Assembly: GCF_964355755.1 (NCBI RefSeq)
Contig: NC_092671.1
Location: 34,358,304 to 34,422,303, forward strand
From: Antedon mediterranea
Lineage: Eukaryota > Animalia > Echinodermata
DNA length: 64,000 bases
Direction of reading: 5' to 3'
The notes below the pieces were generated by a model. The model was not told where the DNA came from and ran no database searches. It worked only from the letters and a program-made list of their open reading frames with translations. Below are positions 50,901-64,000 of this stretch, piece by piece. Numbering within the stretch: position 1 is the stretch's first letter; each line of letters begins with the position of its first letter. A program made the position numbers and the translations under genes.

Positions 50901-53900
50901 GGTAAAAATAATAGGTAAGACATAATTTTTTTAATGCAAAAATCATATAATACGTATAGTAAAATGAATACAATGTAAATGAAAATTTTATAATTTAGTT
51001 AGACACCAGGTGAAAATGCATACACTTAATGGAGAAAGAGTAATTAATGGGAGACACCAACTAAAGAGAAAACAATCGTAGTAGTAGTAGTTCAAAACAA
51101 AAGAAACACACTTTTCCACTTTATTTTTAATAGGGTGAAGTTTTGGTCAGTGACTGATGAACTTTCAAGTGAAATTAAAGTGAATGATTTTCAGATGCTG
51201 AAGATCGCCCTATATGACATAATCAACAACAAAAAGGAATTAAAAGCAGCGTCAGCTAATAGTTTGTTCAGACTATTACATTCAGAGGGTTACGTTGAAA
51301 TTAGTTGGTTTGTGGAAGTTGATTGTGATCTGCTATTTGAATTATTTGAGTTAACAGGACTTCAAAGACTATCTCAAATATTATCCAAGAACTATCGTAA
51401 GCAGAAGCAGACAAATATAATCACAGGCTACAGACGAATGCTAGTTAAACTTGGCAAATCATTAAATACTCAACAAGTTGAAATCCTTGCGAAGCTCTGC
51501 AATATTAGAAAAGTTGATTCAAAAAATGCGTGGAATTTAATTAGCAGATTGACTCAAGGCAAAATTGAAGACACTATAGAATCGTTGACAGCATTTGAAG
51601 CTCTTTTGAAAGACAAACAAGATTTGAATCATGTACTTACTATTGTAAAATCATTTGGTAAGTATATCTTTTTTAGCAGCATCGTTCTATTTCAATCAGA
51701 ATATCTTACTCTGGGCCAACTTTTAAACGCAAAATGTTCTGGTTTTTTTTATGAATGTTTTTAATATAAAAAAAACTGAAACAGTCATGATATCATAAAT
51801 GGAAATTTACACAATTCATTTCTAACCTGGCTCTAGTCTTACAATACAATTACAATTGTAATATTTGTTTTGATTTTAGAAAAATACTATAATACGCCTA
51901 ATAATATTTTTTTTTTCAGTGCAACAGAAAAAACTGAATGATGGTAAGAATAGTAGCTAAGCAGTAAATGTAATATTCAATATTGATCTAATGAGAATAG
52001 TGTCTGATAAGTTTGTTATATTTTGTAAATCGTTTATTTCGAATTAAAAATTATTTATTTGTACACCATGTTCCTTGACTGCATGTTATATTCTCCTTCA
52101 CTAAAAGTCATCTTATTCTAATATCATACATGTACTGCATATCTAAAAAATCCGAAACCACACACATGTAATTCCTAACCAAGTAGTGCATGTGTATTTA
52201 CATAATGTATGTCTTTTAAACATAATAATAGTTCCTCTTGAGGTGTTGGCTAGAGGGCAGGAGGCTAATGATGCATTTCTTGATGCCATACAAGAAGGAA
52301 GTAAATCTATATACCAAACACGTCTAATGCTTGTAGGACAAGAGCGTGTTGGTAAAACCAGTTTAACCAAAGCACTCACTGGTCAACCGTAAGTAGGCCA
52401 AAATTCATTAAATTCAGAACAACAAGAACAATAGTTACATTAACAATTATTTTTAATTAATTATAGATTTATTTTAAAACAGAGCCTGCGTATTTAAGAA
52501 CAATAGTTACATTAACAATTATTTTTAATTGATTATAGATTTATTTTAAAACAGATATGTTTCTTAAAATAATACATTGAAGGTTCATAGGAACACCTAA
52601 GAAATTGGGCAAAGATCATTAACGCTTGATGCATGACCAACCTTCGGGACTAGTACAATGGTAGCAATCTTCCATGTTTTGGCAAATATTTCCTTTACGT
52701 AACGCAGTGTCTCTTAGTAAAATGAGAAGCTAATTCAGTGTAAATTGATTTTTAGTTTATGTTACTCAGTTCATCATTCGTAACAAGTGGTACATATAAG
52801 TGTTGACTTCATTATAAAAATTAAATGATTTAAGTAATAACAATCCATCTGATTACACAAAATTAAAAGCTTGTATAAAGGTCACGGAGTTAGACCTAAT
52901 AGGCCAAATATGTTAACAGCGTGTCCTTTTCCTACACTGTATTGTTTAAATATTTTGAATGACTTTTGTATTGCTTGAAATAATATGTTAAAAGTTTGTG
53001 TCATAAAATGTGTTTAAGTTGTGATATGTAGTAGAATGTGTTTCAGATATAATACCACTTGTAACATTTATTTAGATTTGATGCTACTGAGGAAGTGACT
53101 GACGGAATTGAAGCATCATTGTCATGCACAATTAGTGTTAAGCATACTACTAACTGGAAACCAAGTCAAATTAAAGGTATAGTACATTCACATTCAGAAA
53201 TAAATATCTTAAATTAAAAATTGAAATTCCAAATAAGAAGTACGGATATGAATAGCCTCATTCATCCAAGCAGTATTAATTTTAGAAAGATATCAATCTA
53301 ATCATTCAACCTAAGTCGTGAAACACTGTTTACTAAACAAGTAAGTGTAGTGGATTAAGGAAGTTTCAAAGGGTAGGCCTAATCATTACTGTAGGTAAAC
53401 AATATCTGTATTTATTTTTTTATTTAAAAACATATTTATAGATACTAATATGGTCCTGTTCGTATAATGAAAATAAAATAGAAAATGAAAATTATAAAAA
53501 TGATTCTTCTATTCAACTATACTGTACAACTATAATAGAAAGTTGTATTGTGTTTCAAACCATTGCACCTAAAACACTAAGTGAACTATTCATGAGCATT
53601 CATTTAAGGAGGATTAATGTTGAGATTTTTCTAAAAGATCCATGTCAAAAACCATTTCAATGTTATTACTTACATGTATATATTTTGTCCATTTTAACAC
53701 GCTATAGCATAACCTCTGAGTTTTTTTTATAATTTGTTTAAAAATGTGCAGCTTCTGTAACCTCAGTAGTTTCTCAAAACATAATACAGAATTGGGTTGT
53801 ACGTTTATAGAGTAAATTTAAAAACGTTTTACTGAGTGTATCAGCTAATTTTGTATTTAATTGGCGTATATTAATGAGCATTCCAGTTTCACGGATTTGA

Positions 53901-56900
53901 ATTCCTTAACTACTTGATTCATGTCACATGGGCATTCAGAGATACAGAAGAGCGTAAAGTAACTAGGTAACCATTCATAATGACAATGTATGCAAAGATT
54001 TGCATTGCTTATATTCGCAGCAAAGAATGAAGTACGACAAGAATATATAAGAGCTCTTGCAGAAAAAATCATAACTGACATTTTGAAGGATAAACGAGAG
54101 GATCAACATGAGGTTAGAACAATGTGATTACGATTATTAAATGTAAACAATGCTTGTATCATTATGTTATCTGTTGTATTTATGCTAATTATTGTTAAAA
54201 TATGCCATTGTTTGCAATATTATACAGAAGTTAATGCACCATGGAAATGCAAAACAAGAAAATAAAGAAGTTGGCAGTGTTGCTGAGCCAGAGGAAGATA
54301 ATCCAATAACGTATTTAACTTCCTCACATGAAGGTATGAAAACTCGATTAATACAATACCATGTTTTAAAGTCCATCTGGTTACATATATTGAAGAACAA
54401 AGAAATAACAAAATTTACGATGGTTGGCAGCAACACATAAAACTGTTGGTAGGTAGAATTGCAATACGGATTTTGAATTTTATCCTTACTGGGAGTCCTT
54501 ATTATTAATACTCTGTCTTGTAGTACTTGATTTTATTCTGGTAGGAATGTATTTACATTATTATTGCATGTTGTTGTTGCTGCTGCTGTTTGTTTTTTTT
54601 TTTTGCTGTTTTTTGTTATTGTTTTCTTTGGCGTTGTCACTAACCAATTGTAAAGAGTTATAACTATTTTTCCAAATATTATTTCTCATTTCTCATACGA
54701 TATTTATTAAATATTAATTTACAAATAAATTGTATCAATAGTTAATAATTTGTGCAGACATTAAACACATCCATACATAACATTTAAATTTCTATTAGAG
54801 AGCACAAGTAAAACATTGAAAGAAAGAGTGGTAAGAGCAGTTAGAGAAACATTCAGAACGATTTTGACAATGAAAAGAAAGAAGGGAGAACAACATCAGG
54901 TCTGTATGCCTTCATTTTTAGTCGCGTGCAACGCGACTCTACAGCTCAATATGTCGGTCGGTTGGTCGGTCGGTCGGTTGGTCGGTCGACACTAACTTGT
55001 ATATGGCCTTGTCTTGATATCAGTTTCATCTAGCTAAGTCAATATATTACTTATGGCCAGGACTCGATGTGGTTATGTTTTTCACGATGCGCAATCAAAA
55101 ATTACGCGGTCTACGCACGATTTAATGAAATCACGTTTGTAATCATATCTTCACAAACATGAATCACAATTAAATAAAAGTTGGTACTCATAAATTTCAG
55201 ATCATATTTCATTATCATCATAATTATGACAATACAATTACGTGCGTAGCGCATATAACGCACGCGTACGCGCGCTTAAAATTTTTCAAAATTGTCAAAT
55301 TTATTTTCGATAAAATTAGAGTACGTTTCAGGCAATTTTAAGCGTTTAAAACATTGCAATGAGTGCGCAGATTTTTGCACTCGCACTGCACGTAAAACGT
55401 TAATACGCACTCTTTTTCCCTATTTGATTCACTTTCAAACTAGAAATTACGTTATACGAGCACGTCAAAGTGACAGGCTACGCACGTGTAAATTAAAAAA
55501 ATATAAATGTTTTTAAACATTTTCCACATTTTTAAACATGTTTAGCAATTTCGGTCGGCCGATTGGTTGGTCGGTCGGTCGGTGAACACTAACATGAGCA
55601 CGCAACTACAGCCATGTATATGGCCTTGTTTATTAACAGTTTCAGTTTATTTAAACATTATATAAACAAGTTGAACTTTCGATTAACCAATTGAGTACTT
55701 GATAATTAGTTTATCGAAAGTTAAAATGGTTTATACAATATTATTTTGAAACCAGATGAAATTTTTCGAGAATTTAAAAATTGTTCAGATTAAGGGTTTA
55801 GACAGAACAAATACTTTAAAAAATGTAATAAAAATTAAATTGTTTTGTATCAGTTTTAGGTGTCAACTTGCACCTAAAAACATTGCTGCTTGAAACAGCT
55901 TAGCCTTCAAATTCCACATCATGTCAATGCAACATTATATATTATTATATACTGTTTTATTAATCAGGGTATATACTAATGCATACTTTAAACATTATTA
56001 TTTCATTTTGTAACAGGTTATTTTGCTTATTTTGTCATCTTTGCCTTTTTTACTTGTACTGTATATTACTATATTGATTTTTGTTATACAGAAATCAAGA
56101 GAAATTGTAAGAACTAGATGGCACGCTCGCTTCGCTCGCGTACCATCTAGGTCGTGCCCACAGATGGTTCTCGAATACACAGTATTTCCAGCGAGAAAAA
56201 AATGGAGATTTCAAATGTACGTACCGCAGGACTATAATACATTGTCGTTTACAGAAACGAATAAATATACACAATGATTTATGTAGTCAACCAAAATTAG
56301 CACCCTGGGAATTACTTCCGAGAGAGAAACAAAATGAGTCAAATTTTTTTATTTGGACTCATTTAAACAAACCCAATTTGTGTTTTGTATGTAACATTAA
56401 GGGTTGAGGGATGGGGGAAGAAGATAGGTACAAAGAGGAAACATTTTAAAATATATTCTTATCCACTCAGTAACGAAATATTGTTTTTAATGTTTTATAG
56501 GCCTATAAATAATATACCACTAAATACAGTAAAACATTTACGATTTAATACGGTACTTTGTTAAAACTCTCACTGTCATAGTCGATTGAAATAGTAAAGT
56601 ACATGTAACGATACACCACTACGACGTTTATATATTTTTAAATTATTAATTAATACAAACGTTGAGAAGCAACTGTCAGTAATAACGTTTATTTATTTGT
56701 ATATTATATGTTTATAATCTAACAGTAGGGCCTACCCACACTCACAGTAATAAAGTTTATTTGTATATATTTTTATATTACATCTAACAGTACCAACACT
56801 CACAGTAAGAAATTTGCGATTTAAATTGGGATCAAAAGTGGTTAATACCTTAACAGTATTGTACAGCATTGCAATACTATTTATGTTTATTCTCCAAGGG

Positions 56901-59900
56901 GGCCCATAAATCTAAATCTATACCTCTATGGTTAAACCAAATAATTTGGAATGTTTATTTGTATATTATATGCTTATAATCTAACAGTAGGGCCTACCCA
57001 CACTCACAGTAATAAAGTTTATTTGTATATATTTTTATATTACATCTAACAGTACCAACACTCACAGTAAGAAATTTGCGATTCAAATTGCGATCAAAAG
57101 TGGTTAATACCTTAACAGTATTGTACAGCATTGCAATACTATTTATGTTTATTCTCCAAGGGGCCCATAAATCTAAATCTATACCTGTATGGTTAAACCA
57201 AATAATTTGGAATGTTCCATTCATCACAAATCAATACATTTGTAAAAACGTATATTAAATGTATCAAAATAGTATTTTTTAAAGAAAATCGGCCTGTCTT
57301 CAACATTATGATGCTGTACTCGAACTGTTCAACCGGTTTTCAGCTATTAAAAACAATTATCGTAGGAGGAGATAGGAAAATGCGAAGCCTCCTCGCATTT
57401 TTGTGGCGGGTATTTTTCAAGATGGACATCCATTAGACAGTGTATACCACGATCGGAAAACACCCCTATTTGGGGCAAATCGTTGAACCTAAATTCGTTT
57501 TAATCGTCAATAACTAATTATCTAACTTAATTTAATTAGTAAACAGGGTTACATCAGGTGGTTAAAATCAGTACCGAAAGTACGAACCAACTTTATATAC
57601 CATCGAGTAAAAATTCTAGAAGTAAGGCGCGATTTACCGAATTTTGCCCTTACGTAAATTTATATATAGAAGAAACAGGAAGATGATAAATTTGGTAAGG
57701 TGTAATGGAATGTGCAATGTATGGCTTCATTAAGTTGTTGCTTTTTGTATTTTCTATATCTTGATTTTGGTTACAAAAAAAAGGAATAGTAAAAAATAGG
57801 TATGATTTATTGGAATTATACATTACGACTAGATGGCACACGAGAGAAGCGAGGGTACCCATAGATGGTACACGAGAGAAGCGAGCGTACCCACAGATGG
57901 TACACGAGAGAAGCGAGCGTACCCACAGATGGTTTTTTATATTTAAACTCCTGTAAACAAACCCAATTTGTGTTTTTGTATGTAACATTAGGGTTGAGGG
58001 ATGGGGAAGAGGACGTTTACAAAGAAGAAAAATGTTTAAATATATTCTTTATCCACACTCAGTAACGAAATATTGTTTTCATGTTTTATAGGCCTATAAG
58101 TAATATACCACTAAATACAGTAAAACATTTGCGCTTTAATACTTTGTTAAAACTGTCACTATCATAGTCGATTGAAAAGTACATGTAACGATGCACCACT
58201 TCGACGTTTATATTTTTTGTAATAATTAATTAATACAAACGTTCAGAAGCAACTGTAAGTAATACAGTTTATTTGTATATCATGCGTCTATAATCTAATA
58301 GTGTATACCATGATCGGAAAACAGCCCTATTTGGGGCAACCCGTTGAACCTAAATTCGTTTTAATTGTCAATAACGAATTATCTAACTCAATTTAATTAG
58401 TAAACAGGGTTACATCAGGTGGTTAAAATCAGTACCGAAAGTATGAGCCAACTTTATATACCATCGAGTAAACATTCTGGAAGTAAGGAGCGATTTACCG
58501 AATATTTCCCTTACGTAAATTTAACTCGTTGAATATAATATTATATCAAGTGTATACATATCAGTAAAACGTTCATGTCGGCAAGTTATAGGTAAAATAA
58601 TATGGGCGTTTAGTTTATACGATAGTGAAAGACATTCCGTTTCGAAAATGCTGTATTTATTTATTCTTTACATTAAACAGCACTTGGTGCATCTTCACAA
58701 ATGACGCATGATACTCAAGAAGATGTTACTGAACTGGTTGTAGACATGCTTGAAGAAAAGAGAAGATCTGCAGAAAAAAACGTGTTGAAAGAGAGTAAAG
58801 ATTTACAGGAGACAATTGATGATCTGACTCTGAGCATTTGGGATTTTGCTGGACAAGATCTTTATTACATTACTCATCAGGTACTATAGTAATAGACCAT
58901 TTTAATATGTGTTCTTCACATTATTAGACATAATTTTAGATCTAGTTGACAAGAGATAACCATTCTTATATTACAATACAGAACTAAAAAACAAACAATA
59001 TAAATGTAAAGGTTGATATCTATACTATCGTGTATATAACTTATAATATGTAAACAATAATAAGTATTGTCTGGTCTGGCAATTTAAACATAACAGAATA
59101 TAAAAACTAAAGGTCGTCGTATACTATGGCTGATTAGCCTAAAGTCGATAATTGACTCAACTTTTTTTTAAATGACACAAATTTATAAAAAATATATCAT
59201 TAATTTTTTATTTATATTCACAGTTAATTACAATTTTGGTCGGTCGACAAATTCTACTTTTTTAATCAATATCAATATAAATTTTGAAATTATATAACTA
59301 TATTGGCAGAAAAATCAGATATATCAATTAAACAGAAATAAGAGAATTAAATTTAAAATGGTATGGGTTTTTTTTAATTTGATTGTTTATATGTTTATAA
59401 TCAAAATAATATGATATGCCTCAGATTATGTGTAATTAATATATTTATTCATTTTATAATTTCTTGGTTTTGATAGATGTTTCTGGTATCTCGTGCTATT
59501 TACATCATCTGTTTCAACCTCTGTCATGACCTCAATGCACCATCAAGAGTAAATGTATTTCACAGAGATTATGGAAAAGTAAGTAAGATAATCTAAACAA
59601 TAATTTGAATAATGATTTGATTTTTATAAATTCATTTTTAGTTGTCTATTTAGTTTTTGGGAGTAATCTGTGCCACGATGGTAATGTTGAGTTCAACTAT
59701 GCCTTTCACGACATCTTCAGCACACACAACATATTTAAATTAATCTATGCAAACAAAAACTTAACTGAAAGTTACATATTTGACCTAGATTACATTTTCA
59801 ACAACTTAATTTAATTTAATTATATGTAGTGATATTAATTAGTTTATCGAGTTGTAATTAACATACCGTAAGTACCATACCGTAACATATATTTACTGTA

Positions 59901-62900
59901 TCTAAGGAAGACATGTATTATATTATTTTTATGAATTAGTTTAAACCATAGACAAGTGTATTATTTGTTATTCTAATATTTTTGTGTATTTTTTAAACTT
60001 GTTTAGATTTCAGATGCCGACCACTACATGACTAACTTGGACCGTGTAGTTTTCTGGTCACATTCAATCTACTCACATAATACCACTGCCAGTACCACAA
60101 CAAATGCAGTGTTAAACCAGAAACAGTGTTCACCACCTATATTCATTGTGGGCACTCACAGAGAAAGTCTTCCTGGCAACAAGGAAGAGAGACATGCTAT
60201 AGTGAGTATGATTTATCAATTTAATACCCAGTCAAAGAAATATTTTTTTAATATGTATTACTATCAAATTATATAGTTATTTTTTTTTAAAGTAGACATT
60301 CATATTATTTTTTGTAGACTGAAGAAAGGTTTTCAGTAATAAGGAAAGCATTTAAGGGAAAACCATATGAACGCCACTTTGTGTTCAAGTACTATGCCAT
60401 TGATAACAGTGTCAGGTCACCATTGGATAAGTCTATTGTTGAGCTTAGAGATCACATCACAGAGGTAGCTAAGAATGAACCGTATATGGGCGAGAAGATG
60501 CCATTGAAGTGGTTACATTTCTTGCATGAAATTGAAAAATTACGTGCACAGAATGAACACTCAGTTACCTTCAAACAGGCATGTATACTACCTCTGTATA
60601 TCATATCATTCAAATGAAAGATGCATTAACATGTAGAAGAGGAACAACACATTTGGAATTTTCGATTATAAATACAAAATGCTTTTTTCATCAAAACAAA
60701 CATTAAATAAAAGAATGGTAAATTCAGCACAAAATATATGTCAATTACAGTATATGTGAGTTACATATATTATGTATGCCGCATACATTAATACAAAATC
60801 AAAGTCAGAATAGAGAAAGAAAAGACCTACAGTAGGTATACCATTTAGGATTGTTGCCAACAATAAAACAATTTAGCTTTTTCAGTTCATTTAATATAAC
60901 TATTGTAAAGCTTTTTTGTGTCCAGGTGTGATTATTTTTGTATTTTTCTTTCATTTTTCTACTTATTGTTCATATTTATATATTACTTATCAATTTTTTT
61001 TATCTTATACTTTTGTTTCTGTAGGCACCAATTCTCATAATTTGTGTTATGATTTGTTTGTATTTCATTCTATTGACCCTTTTTTCAAATGTCAGGTAAC
61101 CAAACTAGCTTCCAAGTGTCATATCACTAAACAGGATCAATTGTTTGCTATGTTGCATTTTCATCATGACCTTGGAAACATTGTTTACTACGGAGAACGA
61201 GACACACCAGATTGCGCCCTCAATGACATTATCATTATAATACCGCAATGGTTGATTTTCATTTTCAAACTAGTTATCACAGTTAAAGATCCTTCAAAAC
61301 AAGTATGAAATTTAGTTCAATTTTTTTTTTTCTGTGTTTCAAGTACAGATATTGGTGTGTTGTTTCAGTGCAACATGCATTTGATCATATGTTTTTAGCG
61401 TGGTAGTATTTCATTAGTTAACAATTAAAAATAACTATTTCAAACTAATTGTCAGCATTTTTTGCAGTTAATAGATATATATTTACAGACCATGCCTATT
61501 GATTTAAAAAAAAAATTGTATTTATATTTTATCAATATCTTGTTATCTTTATTTTCAATATGGTTCAAAATATTAAATAGGACGACCACTGTTATTTTAC
61601 CAAGTATTTCCCTCAGAAACTGAGCACTTAAGTGTATTTTTTTAGTATGCAGAGCTTAGAAGCTCTTGGAGAAAACTTGACGAAGAGGGTCTCCTGGAAG
61701 AAAGATTACTTAGACGTATATGGGAAGAATTTCTTGAGATATTCGAAGCATTGTTAGAGCTGATGCAGAAATTTGACTTACTATGTGTCAAGACTCCATC
61801 TACTCAGGTAAAGACAGGTTGATAGCAGTTAGTATCAAATTGTTTTTTCCGGTTGTTTCTGTATCAATTTACATAATTGTTTGAAATCGCCCAACCAGTA
61901 TCTGTGCAATATTGTAAACCTTTCGTTAGTCTCCTCATAGTTAATTTTAACAACAATTAATTTTATTATTTGAAATTGTTACAAAAGATAACAAGTATTG
62001 AAGGCAATCGTCTCTTTTATGTGCCATCACTGCTGAAGAAGGATGAAGGTGACGAAATGGTATCACTTGATAAACTGACAAAGTCAAAGAATACTGCGGT
62101 ATTTTACGTTGACTTTGATGGTTTCCTACCTGAAGGACTGTACTATCGACTCGTAGTGAGAATCGTGCATTGGTCACAACAGAGGTCACATGATGAGAGA
62201 TATGATCCTAGACTCTTTTACCAGCAGGTGAAGGTATACATTGATCTAAATCATGATGCAATCATCAGGATCCTACCTGAAAGAAGATCTTGTATTCAGG
62301 TAGGCTAGGAGTGTTTGCAGCCAGTGTATTACAAGTATGCCCTTAAAATCCTAAAGGTCAAATTTTCCATACTTAGTCCAAGAATTATCTTTCCATAATC
62401 ATGACATTTGTTTGATAAAACAACTTTCATTCTGAGGCACAAGTTCTCATATAAGTTAAAGTGTTAAACATGAAAAAAGAAAATTAATAAAACAGACTTT
62501 AAATACCTCTTGTTTTAATCAAGTTAATCACTTTCATAGAAATTAAAAAACACCAGAAAATTAATGTTTCAGTTATAAAAAGATACATTAAACGGTTAAA
62601 TCAAACCAAAAACCCACTGTCTGGCAGCCAATTTGACTATTTGTTGTTTTAAACTACAGTTAAAATAATTTGTTTTAGGGCCAATTTTTTGACAAAATGA
62701 AAAAATATTACATGTCATTAAAATGGCTTATTCAACAACAAAAATTAAACACAATTTTCAGGGAACAATTTTTTATTATTATTATTATTTATTTATTTTT
62801 AATTTAAATTGTTAAACAAATCCTGAATATAAAATTGTTATTACAATCAAGTAAATTTGTTTTTATTCTATTACACTGTAGGTGGTTATTTACAGACTTA

Positions 62901-63870
62901 AAGTTGATGATGATAAAGAGCTTGAACCATCACCGCGTGTATGCAAAGAGGTGAGTGATGAATGTTGTATTCCAACTTCTTCAATATGGTGAGAGAGTAT
63001 CTATATATAAATTATGGTTAATTCTGACATTGGCGAGCACAGTGGAAAAGCTTCGGGACAAATCTCCGCCTTGGTCCTTGGATACCCACCTTATCTATCT
63101 CAGATGTACCGCAAAACGTAGATTTGATAACATTAGTTTTCACTAATACGATATTGTCCATTTCTATCTTAGGAAGATATTATAAAGAGTTTTATAACAA
63201 ACTTTATTATTTCATCGGTAGATTTTTAACTTTACGCGCGGTAGAAGTCATTTCCTGGTTTACGGTAAGGTGTAAACCTCGGTTTAATACCTTTAGTAGA
63301 GCCTCTTTATTTGATTTAGGTATCATTAACACATGGAACTCATTACCCTTTCACATTGTTTCAAGCCCAACACTTAACACTTTCAAGCAAAAATATGACA
63401 CACACATAAACAGTAGGAGAGGAGGCAGCCTCTACGAGTAAATACAGTTTGACATTATCCCGAAAGAAACTTTCCAGATTAAACGCATATTGGTCTTGTG
63501 ACGCATTATTGATAAATTAAATGTATCCTGATGTTATGGCTAGGTTATACAAAAAAATGCATGCTGTAACAGGCACAGCAGATCTCAAGCCATGTTTAAG
63601 TACATAACTAGAATTGAGTAAAATGAATTAAGTAGTGACCAAAAATGTGCTTCTGATTATAGATGATACAGCTCCTCAAGAAAAACTTAAAGGACATCTG
63701 CCAAAAATGGATGAAACATGTTGCTTTTAACTTATGTGTTCTATCCACCGATCGTTTGGAGAAGGTCCTCTTGCACAAACTTGATGACTGCCTAAAGTCA
63801 ACTGGATGTCGACATCATGATCGAATGGATAATTCCAAAATTAGGCGTTTGTTTGGAGAGGAAATTTCAG
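47937..63870 (+). CDS. ROCO-family GTPase 2 (micro-exon helix, tandem DED-like, ROC, COR; 3' end outside window), possibly disrupted
   Basis: Six micro-exons, then 51134-51657 (two DED-like units), 51920-51943, 52232-52388 (RLMLVGQERVGKTSL P-loop), 53076-53176, 54021-54112, 54228-54333, 54799-54899, 56092-?, 58681-58880, 59477-59578, 60007-60201, 60318-60578, 61096-61302, 61646-61807, 61988-62299, 62882-62950, 63663-63870. Exon-for-exon paralogue of ROCO-1. Start codon unresolved. Confidence 0.85.
48333..48696. mobile_element. Kolobok-type MITE
   Basis: About 27-bp TIR A(A/G)GACAACTTGAC(C/A)GAGGACCATATTT flanked by TTAA at 48329-48332 and 48697-48700. Confidence 0.8.
49525..49960 (-). mobile_element. 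Degenerate CR1-group LINE 3' fragment
   Basis: Minus strand reads HAAILMHRYNNNLL...HNY...ISYQ...IWN, with an AATAAA and (TGAT)n tail. Confidence 0.45.
54915..55632. mobile_element. HINE-like element (second family)
   Basis: TTTTTAGTCGCGTGCAACGCGACT palindrome, (GGTC)n tracts and a GTATATGGCCTTGTTT end; the core is related to 19150-19600. Confidence 0.7.
56112..58525. mobile_element. Helitron/Helentron-like insertion, two related copies with an internal ~265-bp tandem duplication
   Basis: Starts ACTAGATGGCAC...GTACCATCTAG (hairpin); second copy starts at about 57828. Both end GTAAGG...CCTTACGTAAATTT. 56690-56955 is duplicated at 56955-57215. Confidence 0.65.
63285..63440 (+). mobile_element. 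CR1 LINE ORF2 C-terminal fragment
   Basis: Reads IINTWNSLPFHIVSSPTLNTFKQKYD. Confidence 0.65.
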
Positions 63871-64000
63871 GTACTGCTTAAAATCACTCTTAAAACAAAA
63901 ATATTTTAAATACCTGTAGGGCAAAACGCCATCCGGAAAATATCCATGACTTTCTATTACATGTCGAGGCTAAATACAGAATTAAACGTCCAAGTTAAAG

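Overview
This is AT-rich, intron-rich eukaryotic DNA, probably from a marine invertebrate (a Deu/Nin-type SINE and the TE mix suggest a deuterostome such as an echinoderm; this is inference). The host genes are two tandem + strand ROCO paralogues. ROCO-1 (3' 14 exons, 8559-17642) reads ROC-COR-death domain and is in frame throughout. ROCO-2 (about 47937 to beyond 63870) reads heptad micro-exon array, tandem DED-like domains, ROC, COR, and appears frame-broken at one exon. Between them lies a 22.65-kb DNA transposon (21421-44072, 117-bp TIRs, 7-bp TSD) that splits a CR1 ORF2 codon-perfectly. It carries an apparently intact spliced KDZ (Kyakuja-Dileera-Zisupton) transposase, an intact 14-exon homeodomain + HMG-box + chromodomain gene, an inverted deleted copy of the transposase 3' end, and a 4-kb foldback. 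Also present: a decayed Kolobok element (THAP transposase + KolX) holding a nested Polinton-like long-TIR element, further Kolobok derivatives, Helentron-type elements, LINE/Penelope fragments, a SINE, MITEs and several P-like excision footprints. All exon structures and domain calls were made by eye from GT/GC-AG signals, phase checks and motifs; no database search was run.
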